Of a DNA stretch of 64,000 nucleotides, positions 8,063 to 17,435 are shown piece by piece. Each line of letters opens with the position of its first letter. Within the stretch, counting starts at the first letter, position 1. A model generated the notes under the pieces. The model was given only the letters and a program-made list of their open reading frames with translations. It did not search any database and had not been told where the DNA came from. Position numbers and translations under genes: made by a program. This DNA is from Bacteroidaceae bacterium (GTDB lineage: Bacteria > Bacteroidota > Bacteroidia > Bacteroidales > Bacteroidaceae): NCBI GenBank assembly GCA_045613565.1, contig JAZLBF010000035.1, forward strand, positions 1,373-65,372. The letters run 5' to 3'.

Positions 8063-10177
8063 TCAATTATTATTTGTTTTAAAGTATTCACCCACACCGT
8101 TAAGGTATAGATTGCCATAGTAGTCAGAGTTGTAAATCATCACGTGAGAGCCCAGCGTCTTGTCAAAGGCATGATGATAGAGGTCGTATATAGTGGTAGT
8201 GGGGTAGCGCTCCAGTTGCGTGAGTATGGACGAGGTGAAGGTGTTGGTGAGGTAAACCTGCAGCTCGTCGTCAAAGGCATCTGCCTTGGAGGGCTCATAG
8301 GGATTGGCAGCAGTCATCATCAGGAGGCCTGGGATGCCAGTGCATTCTTGTGCAACGGCACCTGAATAACATGTCTCGATGATGGCAAACATCTTACGGA
8401 ACTCCATTTCTGAGAACATGGTCTTGGCAAAGCTGGGTTCCAACGTTTCCATATCTTTCCAATCCCAACCCTCTTGTGTGCCGTGTCCGCTCCAAAAGAA
8501 GAGAACGTTGTCGCTCGCTGTGCTAGCCAGGGTTATGGGATATTCCTCGGAGGGCTTGCCTGTTAGTATCTGTTTGAGGTTGTCTAGAGTAAGATTACCC
8601 AATCGGTAGTCTATCTGCACATCTTGGTAGAGGTTGATACCCATCTGCTCGCGTCGCACTACTCCTGGCAAGATATTGCGTTCGTTGTAGGCTATGTCAT
8701 CTGCCATAATCATGATGATATGGTCATCGTCATAACCATGATTTTTTAGATAATGATAGAAGCCAAGTACATCAGCCTGATGACGATAATTCTTCCACTT
8801 CTCGGAGGATGCTATCAGCACGGCATAATTGTCATGCAGTTCTGGATAATTAATCTGTGTGTCGTTACCACCAATGTCTTGCACGTGCTGCTTCTTCCAC
8901 TCCCATGCTGCCACAGGCGAAGACGAGTGTCCACCGCTATTGCGACTATAGTAGTCGATGATGACCATCTTGCCCTGATACACCATCCAATGGGCATAAG
9001 TGGTGGAGCGTATGGTGGTGTAGTATTCAGAATTGAAGTCGAGCAATCCAGTAGCACCACTGATGGCAGGAGTTTCGCCCCTCATCACCTGATGATAATA
9101 ATTGTGTATCATGCCCGAAGTCCAACCACCTTGCGTCTGGCTATGCTCATTGAGCAATACAGAGATGGCACTATTTAAGTCTTCCACCTGATTTTTCTCT
9201 GCCCACACAGAGGCTAATGCTGTAATAAGTACTGCATCATAGACTTCAGCCTCGCCATTGTAAGGTAGGCGGCCATAGAGTGTTTCGTATGAGACACTAA
9301 AGCCCGAACCTGGGTCGCTAGATGGCGCCACCCCCGTTAGTATATGCATAGGTAGGTCAGAGTTCAGTATGGCTTTATTGTGCGCCTTGTCCGAGAATTT
9401 TACGATGATAGCATCTTCGTACGAGCAAGTCTCGTTCCATTTATCTATGTAATTGCCTACTGTCAGCACGTCATTCACGGCAGCAGGTACGCACACCAAG
9501 GCATCGGTTCCGCTTTGTGTGATTTCTTCCAAACGTGATTGTAGTTCGTTGGCATTCTTGTAGGTCAGTACGCACACGGGTTGCATGTCAAGCTCTACCG
9601 CCTGAAATGCAAACCAATCAACAAACGTCTGGCCATAGATATCCTCCGATGCCAGCAGTGCTACTTTCTTGATATCGACTGTCTCATAAGATAGGCTAGA
9701 GAGGAGTATTTCGCTCTGCGAGATGTCCGTTTCGCACAATCCCCAGAGAAAGCCTCGATGTCCGAAGATACGGGGCAACTCTTGCGAGGTGGAGAAGGTA
9801 AACAAAGGTTTGATGTTTTTCTTCTTTCTCGCTAGGGCAAAGGCCAACTGCTGTGTATTGGCAGAGACATTGCATCCGATGATACTCTTGATGTCCTCGC
9901 GCTCAGATAGAGTCTTTCCCAATTCGGTCAGATTTACCTTCTCTTCGTCATACCATTCATAGACAACCTTTAGCCCCACGTTGGCTTTTTGTATATTTTC
10001 TGCCGCCCACTTGAGCGAGTTGTTCCACAAGGATTCACGGTCCTTCTGAGGCAGCACCACGGCTATTCTAATTTCCTCCAAGTCCGTGGGCTCTACTATT
10101 ACTGGAGATTCCTCGCATGAGAGACACAATCCCACAAGCGCAAGTATGACGAATAGATTATTGATTAGCTTCTTCAT
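8063..10177 (-). CDS. Lipoprotein fusion: N-terminal type-1 periplasmic-binding-protein-like domain plus C-terminal C13 (legumain-like) cysteine peptidase domain
   Basis: Lipobox LCLSC. The N-terminal part, IRIAVVLPQ…IIGCNVS…FTFSTS, follows a LivJ-like PBP1 pattern. The C-terminal part has the legumain signature WKNYRHQADVLGFYHYLKNHGYDDDHIIMIMADDIAYNERN, with putative catalytic His (FFWSGHGT) and Cys (IETCYSGA). Confidence 0.75.
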   Translation of the reverse strand: MKKLINNLFVILALVGLCLSCEESPVIVEPTDLEEIRIAVVLPQKDRESLWNNSLKWAAENIQKANVGLKVVYEWYDEEKVNLTELGKTLSEREDIKSIIGCNVSANTQQLAFALARKKKNIKPLFTFSTSQELPRIFGHRGFLWGLCETDISQSEILLSSLSYETVDIKKVALLASEDIYGQTFVDWFAFQAVELDMQPVCVLTYKNANELQSRLEEITQSGTDALVCVPAAVNDVLTVGNYIDKWNETCSYEDAIIVKFSDKAHNKAILNSDLPMHILTGVAPSSDPGSGFSVSYETLYGRLPYNGEAEVYDAVLITALASVWAEKNQVEDLNSAISVLLNEHSQTQGGWTSGMIHNYYHQVMRGETPAISGATGLLDFNSEYYTTIRSTTYAHWMVYQGKMVIIDYYSRNSGGHSSSPVAAWEWKKQHVQDIGGNDTQINYPELHDNYAVLIASSEKWKNYRHQADVLGFYHYLKNHGYDDDHIIMIMADDIAYNERNILPGVVRREQMGINLYQDVQIDYRLGNLTLDNLKQILTGKPSEEYPITLASTASDNVLFFWSGHGTQEGWDWKDMETLEPSFAKTMFSEMEFRKMFAIIETCYSGAVAQECTGIPGLLMMTAANPYEPSKADAFDDELQVYLTNTFTSSILTQLERYPTTTIYDLYHHAFDKTLGSHVMIYNSDYYGNLYLNGVGEYFKTNNN

Positions 10178-11204
10178 AGGCTTGCTCTATCTCAACAATA
10201 TGTTTTTTAAGTTCAGAAATATTTGGCAAGTAATTTACCACTTGCTTTTGTGCGTAGACCAGTTCTTCATACCCTGATAAGTATGTGAAGTTCTGATGAT
10301 AAGGTATCTCCCTATTTTTAATCAAAGCACCAATGACATCTGTTACAGCCCTGTCCATATGTTTTGCCACCGAGAACAACATCATATGGGCAAAGGCACT
10401 CATGTCGCGGTCCATTCCCACCACAAAATCCAGGGTTTCGCGCGAGAAACGGTACACACCCTTGTTTGACGAACCAGCCACGGAGAAGTAATACATATAC
10501 TCGCCTTTCCTTTCCATACACATTTTGTAGGCATTATCCTGCATGTTGTATCCACCATCTTGATGGTCACTCAGATATAGTACATCACATGCATTGCCTC
10601 CAGCAGCCAGATATCCATCTCTGTATCCATCCACAGAGCGCTTGACACTTTTGTCGTGAGGATTGGCTGCTATCACTAGTGCCTTTTGCGCCTTGTCCTC
10701 AGTTTCCTCAAACACACTACTTGCTCCTGCCAAGTAACTAGCAGCATAGGTGCCTACGCAGAATGTGTAGATGCCTTCCACCTCCCGCTTCGTTTCAAAC
10801 ATCAAGACATCCATTCTCTCATCTGCTGGCAGAGTAAGTGAATCCAGCAAATACTCATATTCGCTACCAGAGAAGATGAACAATGCTCTGTTACAGTTGT
10901 CGTCCAACTGATGCTCTCTCCACTCCTCATAGATGTCCTTTGCCTGTTCCTTTTCCTGAGGCATATGAATGGCTAGTGTAAAGCCATATTTGACAGAAGC
11001 CTGTTGAAGTCCAGCCAAAATATTGTCGTTATACCCCTGGTCGCCTACACCTCCAGGAGAAAACACCACCTCCACTTGTTGGGTGAATGGGTCAATAGGT
11101 TCCGCCTTCTCGCATCCTGTTAGTAGAACACAGCAAAGAGAAACAGCGACAAGCAAAAAAGTCCAATATCGTTTCAATTTCGTAGATTTTTGAGCGTTAA
11201 ACAA
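10158..11204 (-). CDS. BMP-family (PnrA/Med-like) substrate-binding-type lipoprotein
   Basis: Lipobox LLTGC. BMP-like motif GGVGDQGYNDNILAGLQ. Overlaps the downstream gene by 20 nt. No ABC permease or ATPase is present in the window. Confidence 0.65.
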   Translation of the reverse strand: MFNAQKSTKLKRYWTFLLVAVSLCCVLLTGCEKAEPIDPFTQQVEVVFSPGGVGDQGYNDNILAGLQQASVKYGFTLAIHMPQEKEQAKDIYEEWREHQLDDNCNRALFIFSGSEYEYLLDSLTLPADERMDVLMFETKREVEGIYTFCVGTYAASYLAGASSVFEETEDKAQKALVIAANPHDKSVKRSVDGYRDGYLAAGGNACDVLYLSDHQDGGYNMQDNAYKMCMERKGEYMYYFSVAGSSNKGVYRFSRETLDFVVGMDRDMSAFAHMMLFSVAKHMDRAVTDVIGALIKNREIPYHQNFTYLSGYEELVYAQKQVVNYLPNISELKKHIVEIEQAYEEANQ

Positions 11205-11242
11205 TTCGTTATTTAGTTCTGCGGGAATTTAGAATATACCTA

Positions 11243-11289
11243 ATATCCTCCTTCGAGCACCCCGTTAGCAAGGTGCAGAAGGAGGATAT
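11243..11289 (-). terminator. Long nested stem-loop (ATATCCTCCTTC…GAAGGAGGATAT with inner GCACC…GGTGC) between a paralogous lipoprotein gene and the BMP-like gene
   Basis: 12-bp outer stem plus 5-bp inner stem read directly. No strong U-run, so it may be a processing or attenuation site rather than a full terminator. Confidence 0.45.
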
Positions 11290-11327
11290 GAATAGCGTTA
11301 TATATGAGCCCTCTTAATGCACATGAA

Positions 11328-12410
11328 TTAAATCAACAACTCCCAACGTGAAGCAGGAATAACGATAATATGCATATATCTATATTTTATAAACCCGTTG
11401 ACCATCACATCGCAAATCTCACCAGGTCTGCTATCAAGGTCCAAACATTTGATGAGCGGCCCCCAAAAGCCTCCATCACTAACACTGTTGAGCAAGAATT
11501 CATCGTCGCCAGTAGTGTACCCACCACTTTGAGAACTCCACTGAAAACCTAATTTATCCATTTTGTTCAACATGTAATCCCAGCTGCTTTTGTCCATTTT
11601 GTTAAAGACTTCAAGCACCCTTTTAGCTTCTGCCTCAGAGGGAAGAAAATTCGTCACTTTGCAATCAACATACGCACTTGCAGGTACATTTGTAAATTCC
11701 ACATTATAATCTGGAGAAATCCAAATAAGGATGGCTTCTTGTCCGGGAACATTGCCCTGGATACAATAGAATAATTCTTTTTTTGTCAGCGGTTTACAAA
11801 TATATGTTTGGTTTGGTTGAGTGGAAGGAGACCAATATATACGCCTAAATGAAAACTCGTAGGTATAACCTGTTCTGTAGATAGGATATTCAGCATTTTC
11901 TGGCCATAATTCATGGTCGATGAAATTCACTTCAGAAACTTGCTTCAAGTTTGTACCTTCAGCTACACTCATACGAGCAATCACACCGTTTTCGCCCTCT
12001 ACGGCACGAAGCGAAACGCTACCTTGCACATTGCCTTTGGCATCAGTGAGCTCATAGTCGTAACCACCGTCAACCTTTGTTGCTTCCTTACCAGGTGCCA
12101 CCCAACTGAGGAAGATTTTTTCAGCATCTGCAAAACAGCTGACAGAAACGGAGAGAACCGTTGGTTTAGACTCATCGAGTGCCTTACCGTAAATTCTGCG
12201 GATCACTTCACCATTCTCATCTACTACGGCAATACAGCTTTGCAACCAATTCAAACCATCGTAGCCTGTCACAGCCAATTGGTCTGCGTCAGATTCAGGG
12301 TCGTGCTTTAGCTCTCCATTGGGCTGAGGCACTTCTTCTTTGTCACACGAAGTCAATGGCATCACTGTGATGGCCATCAACAGGAATAAATAAAACCAAT
12401 TCTTTTTCAT
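11328..12410 (-). CDS. Paralogous surface lipoprotein, family copy 1
   Basis: Start MKKNWFYLFLLMAITVMPLTSC (lipobox). Shares a conserved N-terminal domain of about 170 aa and the C-terminal KCLDLD…YRYMHI motif with 12533, 13773 and 17436. No known family recognised. Confidence 0.8.
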   Translation of the reverse strand: MKKNWFYLFLLMAITVMPLTSCDKEEVPQPNGELKHDPESDADQLAVTGYDGLNWLQSCIAVVDENGEVIRRIYGKALDESKPTVLSVSVSCFADAEKIFLSWVAPGKEATKVDGGYDYELTDAKGNVQGSVSLRAVEGENGVIARMSVAEGTNLKQVSEVNFIDHELWPENAEYPIYRTGYTYEFSFRRIYWSPSTQPNQTYICKPLTKKELFYCIQGNVPGQEAILIWISPDYNVEFTNVPASAYVDCKVTNFLPSEAEAKRVLEVFNKMDKSSWDYMLNKMDKLGFQWSSQSGGYTTGDDEFLLNSVSDGGFWGPLIKCLDLDSRPGEICDVMVNGFIKYRYMHIIVIPASRWELLI

Positions 12411-12532
12411 AATTGTTAGTGATTTTAAGTTGTTATTATGATTAATTATATGTAAAAGTATTATCACAATTACTTGATAACGGTCATTTTTTGGCTAGCT
12501 TCGCTGAGAGGCCACGCCATAATATCTTACTA

Positions 12533-13669
12533 TTAGTTAGTTGCAGGAGGGAAAACACGGATGTGCATGTAGCGGTAATTGTTATAGCTATCACTTGCTA
12601 CATCACATATCTTGCCCACAGGGTCATCAAGGTCTAGACACTTGATTTTCTTTGTAGATGCATTGTAGCTGTTAAGGATGAACTCGGCATTGCAAGTTGC
12701 ATAATTCCAAATACCAGTGGTAGCGCTCCATTTGTAGCCTCTAAAATCCATCTCCTTGAGGAAACCATTCCAAGTTTCATTGTTCGCATTATAGAAATTC
12801 AGTACCTTCTGAGCTTCTACAACAGATGGAAGCTTTTTATAGACAGCTTGTTCAACGTAATGTTTTACTTCTGGGTGTCTGGTAGTTTCTATACGACCAA
12901 AATTATATACATCATCCTCATCGGGGCAGAGCCATACTAGAATTGCCTCTTGTCCGTTGCCATTACCCTGAATACACATAAATTCAAGGTCTCTTTTTGG
13001 AGCATCTACACGTACTGTGATATCGTAGCCGTCTGAGCCCCACTGACCACCAATAGGTATAGACCTACTTCTAGGTGTACGAATGTAATTCCATGTATAG
13101 TCTTCTGCCTTTAGCTTGTATGTCCTGCCAGAGTAGTATCTTTGAATCTTTGCATTTTCGGGCCATACATCATTGTTGATGAAATTTACTTCGCTAACCT
13201 GCTTAAGGTCAGTACCTGCTGCAACAGTCATGCGAGCTATTACGTTGTCCTCGTCTGTTATAGCACGGAATGATACGCTACCTTGGGCATTACCATCGGC
13301 GTCGGTGAGATTGTAGTCATAACCGCCTTCTACCTCTGTTGCTTCCTTGCCAGGAGCAATCCAGTTGAGGAATGTTGCCTTTGCACCTTCCAGGTTATCA
13401 ACAGGAACAGAAAGCACCGAGGGTTTAGAAGCATCAAGGGGAGTGCCATAGATTCTTCTTGCTACATTGCCATTTTCGTCAATAACAGCCAGGTTGCTCT
13501 GCAGCCACTCCAGAGCATCGAATCCAGTGACAGGTGTCTGGTCAGCGTCAGACGTGGGGTCATGCAGATTCTCCTCGTTGGGAGTGGGCACTTCTTCTTT
13601 GTCACACGAAGTCAATGGCATCACTGTGATTGCCATCAATAGGAATAAATAAAAACAATTCTTCTTCAT
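12533..13669 (-). CDS. Paralogous surface lipoprotein, family copy 2
   Basis: MKKNCFYLFLLMAITVMPLTSC. Same family architecture. The ATG at 13667-13669 is preferred over the TTG at 13675. Confidence 0.8.
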   Translation of the reverse strand: MKKNCFYLFLLMAITVMPLTSCDKEEVPTPNEENLHDPTSDADQTPVTGFDALEWLQSNLAVIDENGNVARRIYGTPLDASKPSVLSVPVDNLEGAKATFLNWIAPGKEATEVEGGYDYNLTDADGNAQGSVSFRAITDEDNVIARMTVAAGTDLKQVSEVNFINNDVWPENAKIQRYYSGRTYKLKAEDYTWNYIRTPRSRSIPIGGQWGSDGYDITVRVDAPKRDLEFMCIQGNGNGQEAILVWLCPDEDDVYNFGRIETTRHPEVKHYVEQAVYKKLPSVVEAQKVLNFYNANNETWNGFLKEMDFRGYKWSATTGIWNYATCNAEFILNSYNASTKKIKCLDLDDPVGKICDVASDSYNNYRYMHIRVFPPATN

Positions 13670-13772
13670 AAACAATTTTATTGAATCACTTATAGATTAT
13701 TAATTACTCTGAGTATGGAGGAACTATATTAATGTGCATGTGGCAGTGCCTGTTGCAGGATGTCCAATATAA

Positions 13773-14900
13773 TTAAACAGTTGCAGGAGGTATGATACGA
13801 ACAAGTATGTATCTGTACCAAAATAAGCTGCTATTTGTTTTAACATAGTTTATTTCGCCTGGGTGAGAATCAAGGTCCAGGCATTTAAACTTAGTTCTCT
13901 TTTTTTCGTCTTCGGAATCAAAGCTGTTGAGCAGGAACTCTGAATTTCCTACGTTTACTGGCCAATGGCGAGGGCTCCAGTAATGTCCTCTTTCATCCAT
14001 TATCTTGAGCATTTTTTTCCAGGCATCTTTGTCTGCGTTATATATAGCCAACACCTTTTCAGCCTCTGAAACAGAAGCGAAAAGTCCATAGACTTTGTCA
14101 GGACTTGTATAATACTCTTCTGCCGTAGCATAATAATCTATAGTCTCGAGATCCCAAATATCAGAGTCTCCCTCATCATCACTGAGGCACACCAAAATTC
14201 CCTCTTGACCATTGTCATTACCTTGAATACAGTAGAACTCCCTATTATCGCCACGAGTATATATACTAAAATCCCTAACGACATATCCCAACGGAGTCCA
14301 ATCACCACGTCCTTTGCCGAAGCGTAAAATTGTTTGCATCGAAAATTCGTATATTTCACCTTTTTTGTATACAGGAATCTCGTCATTTTCGGGCCATAGC
14401 TCAGTGGCAATAAACTGAACTTCAGATATCTGCTTCAGGTTTGTACCTTCTTTTAAAGTCATGCGGGCAATCACGCCACCCTCGCCCTCTACGGCACGGA
14501 ACAAGACACCGCCTTGCGCATTACCTTCAGCATCTGTGAGGTTGTAGTCATAACCGCCCTCCACCTTAGTAGCCTCCTTACCGGTAGCCACCCAGCTTAG
14601 GAATAGCTTTTCGGCTGCTGCATAATCTGCAACCGATACAGAGATAACATCTGGCTGAGATTCGTCCAGGGGCTTACCATATACTCTACGGATTACTTCG
14701 CCGTTTTCATCCACTATCACGAGGCTATTCTGCAACCACTCCATTGCATCATAAGCGGTAATCTCAGACTGGTCTGAGTCTGAGTTTGGGTCGTGCTGTT
14801 GTATTACTTGGGGCTTAGGTTGCTCTTCTTCTTCACACGAAGTCAATGGCATCGCTGTGATGGCCATCAACATGAATAAATAAAACCAATTCTTTTTCAT
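13773..14900 (-). CDS. Paralogous surface lipoprotein, family copy 3
   Basis: MKKNWFYLFMLMAITAMPLTSC. Same family architecture. The ATG at 14898-14900 is preferred. Confidence 0.8.
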   Translation of the reverse strand: MKKNWFYLFMLMAITAMPLTSCEEEEQPKPQVIQQHDPNSDSDQSEITAYDAMEWLQNSLVIVDENGEVIRRVYGKPLDESQPDVISVSVADYAAAEKLFLSWVATGKEATKVEGGYDYNLTDAEGNAQGGVLFRAVEGEGGVIARMTLKEGTNLKQISEVQFIATELWPENDEIPVYKKGEIYEFSMQTILRFGKGRGDWTPLGYVVRDFSIYTRGDNREFYCIQGNDNGQEGILVCLSDDEGDSDIWDLETIDYYATAEEYYTSPDKVYGLFASVSEAEKVLAIYNADKDAWKKMLKIMDERGHYWSPRHWPVNVGNSEFLLNSFDSEDEKKRTKFKCLDLDSHPGEINYVKTNSSLFWYRYILVRIIPPATV

Positions 14901-15001
14901 AATGTTTGGTGTTTTAATAAAGTGTATTTGTATTGTAAACTCATTTAGCAATCTTTATCACACAATCACATTCTGTGTTTGGTGTGCTTGGGGTGAGAGG
15001 C

Positions 15002-17227
15002 TTAATATTCCTTGATATTCTTGAATTTACCCCATGGGCTATTCTTGTAGTCGTTTATACTTCCTTTGGGCACACGAAGAGTAACTCCATTGATATTGTT
15101 CCAGTTGAATGTGTTATCTTCGATGCTGGGAGGAGTGGAAACCTCGCAGGTTATTGTACAATTAGACTCCAGATTGTCATAGAACAATTTCTTGCCCAAT
15201 ACAGAGCATCCATCTTTGATGGTAATATTGTCGATTGTAATCTTCCAGTCCGATTTGAATGGAGGATACTTCTCGGGGTATGTCAGATTACGAGCAAGTG
15301 TTAGGTTGCTGAGCGATTTGCACCAAGCAAAAAGACCTTCATCAGGAAGACTATATGTATCGATTGCCAAATCCAATGCTTCATTTTCGGTGCTCTTCTC
15401 GAAGACCAAATCCTTTAGTGCGATGCAATTGTAGAAGGCATCATTACCGATGCTAGTCACATTTCCAGGTATGGTAATAGCGGGAAGCGCCTGATTGTTG
15501 GCAAAGAAGCATGTAGAAAGGGTCTTTACATATTTGCCAATAGTTACTTTTTTCAACGAAGTATGATTGCTGATACCCAAAATACCTTCGCTCCACGAAT
15601 CCAAATCGTTGTTACAATCATAGATTAACTCACGTCCGATGTGTACTGTTTCCAAAGGAGAATCGTAGAAAGGACCACTGTGGGAAAACAATCCTAGCAT
15701 TGATACCTTTATACTAAGCGGTTCTGGTCCGTCCTCCAAAACTAATGTCTTGAGTTGGCTACAATCACGAAAGACCATACTTTCAATATCAGTGATACCA
15801 TTTGTGATTGAGATAAATTTGATGCCAGTGTTTTCAAATGCACTACCTTTGATTTTTGTCAGAGTAGATGGAAGAGTTACTTTTCCCATATTATCAAGAT
15901 CTCTGAAGAAGTTATAGGGCATTTCCTTCATAGGGTAATTGATGACAACTTCTTCTATCTTGCTTTTATAGTCATCAGAGATAAAAGAAAAATCTGTAGA
16001 AGTTTTTTTGTACTTGTCGTACAATATGACCTCGCGGTTGAAAATGTACTTCTTGGCTTGGCAATAATAAAAGGGATGAAACGTAGCTGTACCTACACCA
16101 TAATCAATATAGTGCCATTTGATAGGATTGGGACCTGGAGCTATCTCAATAGACTCAATATTGTAGGCTTTTTCAAAAACTTTCAGATTACCCACAAAAT
16201 CTATAGAGCCAGGAATTACAAGGTCCTTCAGTTCTTCGTATCCTCTGAAGCTATTAAGTGGAGCGGGTCTTCCTGCATTGACTACCCACCAGTCACCAAT
16301 CTTCTTCTGTTCAATTACAGGCAAGTCGCTTCTATTGAAGTCAATCTTGTTGCCGTTGTGAGTAGTGTAACGGTAATCATAGTTGTCATAGAAATATCCG
16401 AAGGTAGCCATAGGTTGTATCATGTCCTGCTCTACGGTTATACTCTTGTCAACCGACTTTATTTGCGTGCCATTGATAGTGATGGTAAAGCCATGGGTGA
16501 ATGTAACAGGAGGCACTACGAAGTAGAAGTTGGTAGGGTTCTCGGGGTCTCTGCTGAGCTCCACACCTTCCTCGCCACAATTGATGGTGATGGTTTTGGA
16601 GGCATTTTCGTTCATAGTAACTATGGGTTCCTCACCATATACAGCTTGAATGGTAGCGGGACCGGCTATCAGTTCATTGTTGTTGCCGCGCAAGGTGATA
16701 TTGTATACGGCTGTATTGCCATATAGTTGCACCTTGATGATGCCGCAGGTGTTGAAGAACAATATTTCTTCATCATCAATGCTGTGTGAGACCCCCACCA
16801 TGGTATTGTCTTCCTGACCGAAAGAGTTCTCGGCATATGTCTGCACCGCAGGCATGTTGTATGTGATTACACCATCGGCAGATATGCTGGTGCTATCTCT
16901 GTAAGGAAAGACTGCATAGCATGTGGACAGTTTCTCAAGACTTTCATCTTTTTCCGCGCCTGGCCATATCATGCCTTCGTCGTCACCAGTTTGGCCCATA
17001 AAATAATATGGGATGTTCTGAGCGCTCTCAAATACAGAGAACATATCACCTCTTGTCCAGCGCACATCCAGACTGTCGTTAAGCAATGCGCGTGTTTTGC
17101 TGTTAGCTACTGAGATGCTGAACTTTCTGCCGTCCTTAATGGGCATGTCCATTTCCTGTTCGTCTAACATGTCTGCACATGAGAGCGTGAGCATTGTGGC
17201 GAACATGCAAAATATAAGTTTCTTCAT
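15002..17227 (-). CDS. Lipoprotein with N-terminal fimbrillin-like region and C-terminal BspA-type leucine-rich repeats
   Basis: Lipobox LTLSC. Repeated IPxSVTxIGxxAFxxCxxLxxI-like units (for example TLPSTLTKIKGSAFENTGIKFISI and ITIPGNVTSIGNDAFYNCIALKDLVF). Confidence 0.8.
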   Translation of the reverse strand: MKKLIFCMFATMLTLSCADMLDEQEMDMPIKDGRKFSISVANSKTRALLNDSLDVRWTRGDMFSVFESAQNIPYYFMGQTGDDEGMIWPGAEKDESLEKLSTCYAVFPYRDSTSISADGVITYNMPAVQTYAENSFGQEDNTMVGVSHSIDDEEILFFNTCGIIKVQLYGNTAVYNITLRGNNNELIAGPATIQAVYGEEPIVTMNENASKTITINCGEEGVELSRDPENPTNFYFVVPPVTFTHGFTITINGTQIKSVDKSITVEQDMIQPMATFGYFYDNYDYRYTTHNGNKIDFNRSDLPVIEQKKIGDWWVVNAGRPAPLNSFRGYEELKDLVIPGSIDFVGNLKVFEKAYNIESIEIAPGPNPIKWHYIDYGVGTATFHPFYYCQAKKYIFNREVILYDKYKKTSTDFSFISDDYKSKIEEVVINYPMKEMPYNFFRDLDNMGKVTLPSTLTKIKGSAFENTGIKFISITNGITDIESMVFRDCSQLKTLVLEDGPEPLSIKVSMLGLFSHSGPFYDSPLETVHIGRELIYDCNNDLDSWSEGILGISNHTSLKKVTIGKYVKTLSTCFFANNQALPAITIPGNVTSIGNDAFYNCIALKDLVFEKSTENEALDLAIDTYSLPDEGLFAWCKSLSNLTLARNLTYPEKYPPFKSDWKITIDNITIKDGCSVLGKKLFYDNLESNCTITCEVSTPPSIEDNTFNWNNINGVTLRVPKGSINDYKNSPWGKFKNIKEY

Positions 17228-17256
17228 AGAATATTATTTTAGTTCAATAAAAAAGA

Positions 17257-17400
17257 TTACCACCCAATCTCTTCCTTTTCTGTATATTCTGGTAGAGGAG
17301 AGTCTCTTTTTGGTTCCATGTCCTCTTCTTTCTCACACGAAGTCAATGGCATCACTGTGATTGCCATCAATAGGAATAGATAAAAACAATTCTTCTTCAT
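17257..17400 (-). pseudogene. Truncated fifth copy of the paralogous lipoprotein family (47 codons; signal peptide plus unrelated tail)
   Basis: Translated by hand: MKKNCFYLFLLMAITVMPLTSCEKEEDMEPKRDSPLPEYTEKEEIGW*. Its first ~66 nt differ by one base from the 5' end of copy 2 (13605-13669). Confidence 0.55.
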
Positions 17401-17435
17401 ATTGTGACTATATATTAATTTATTGCTAACTTACA

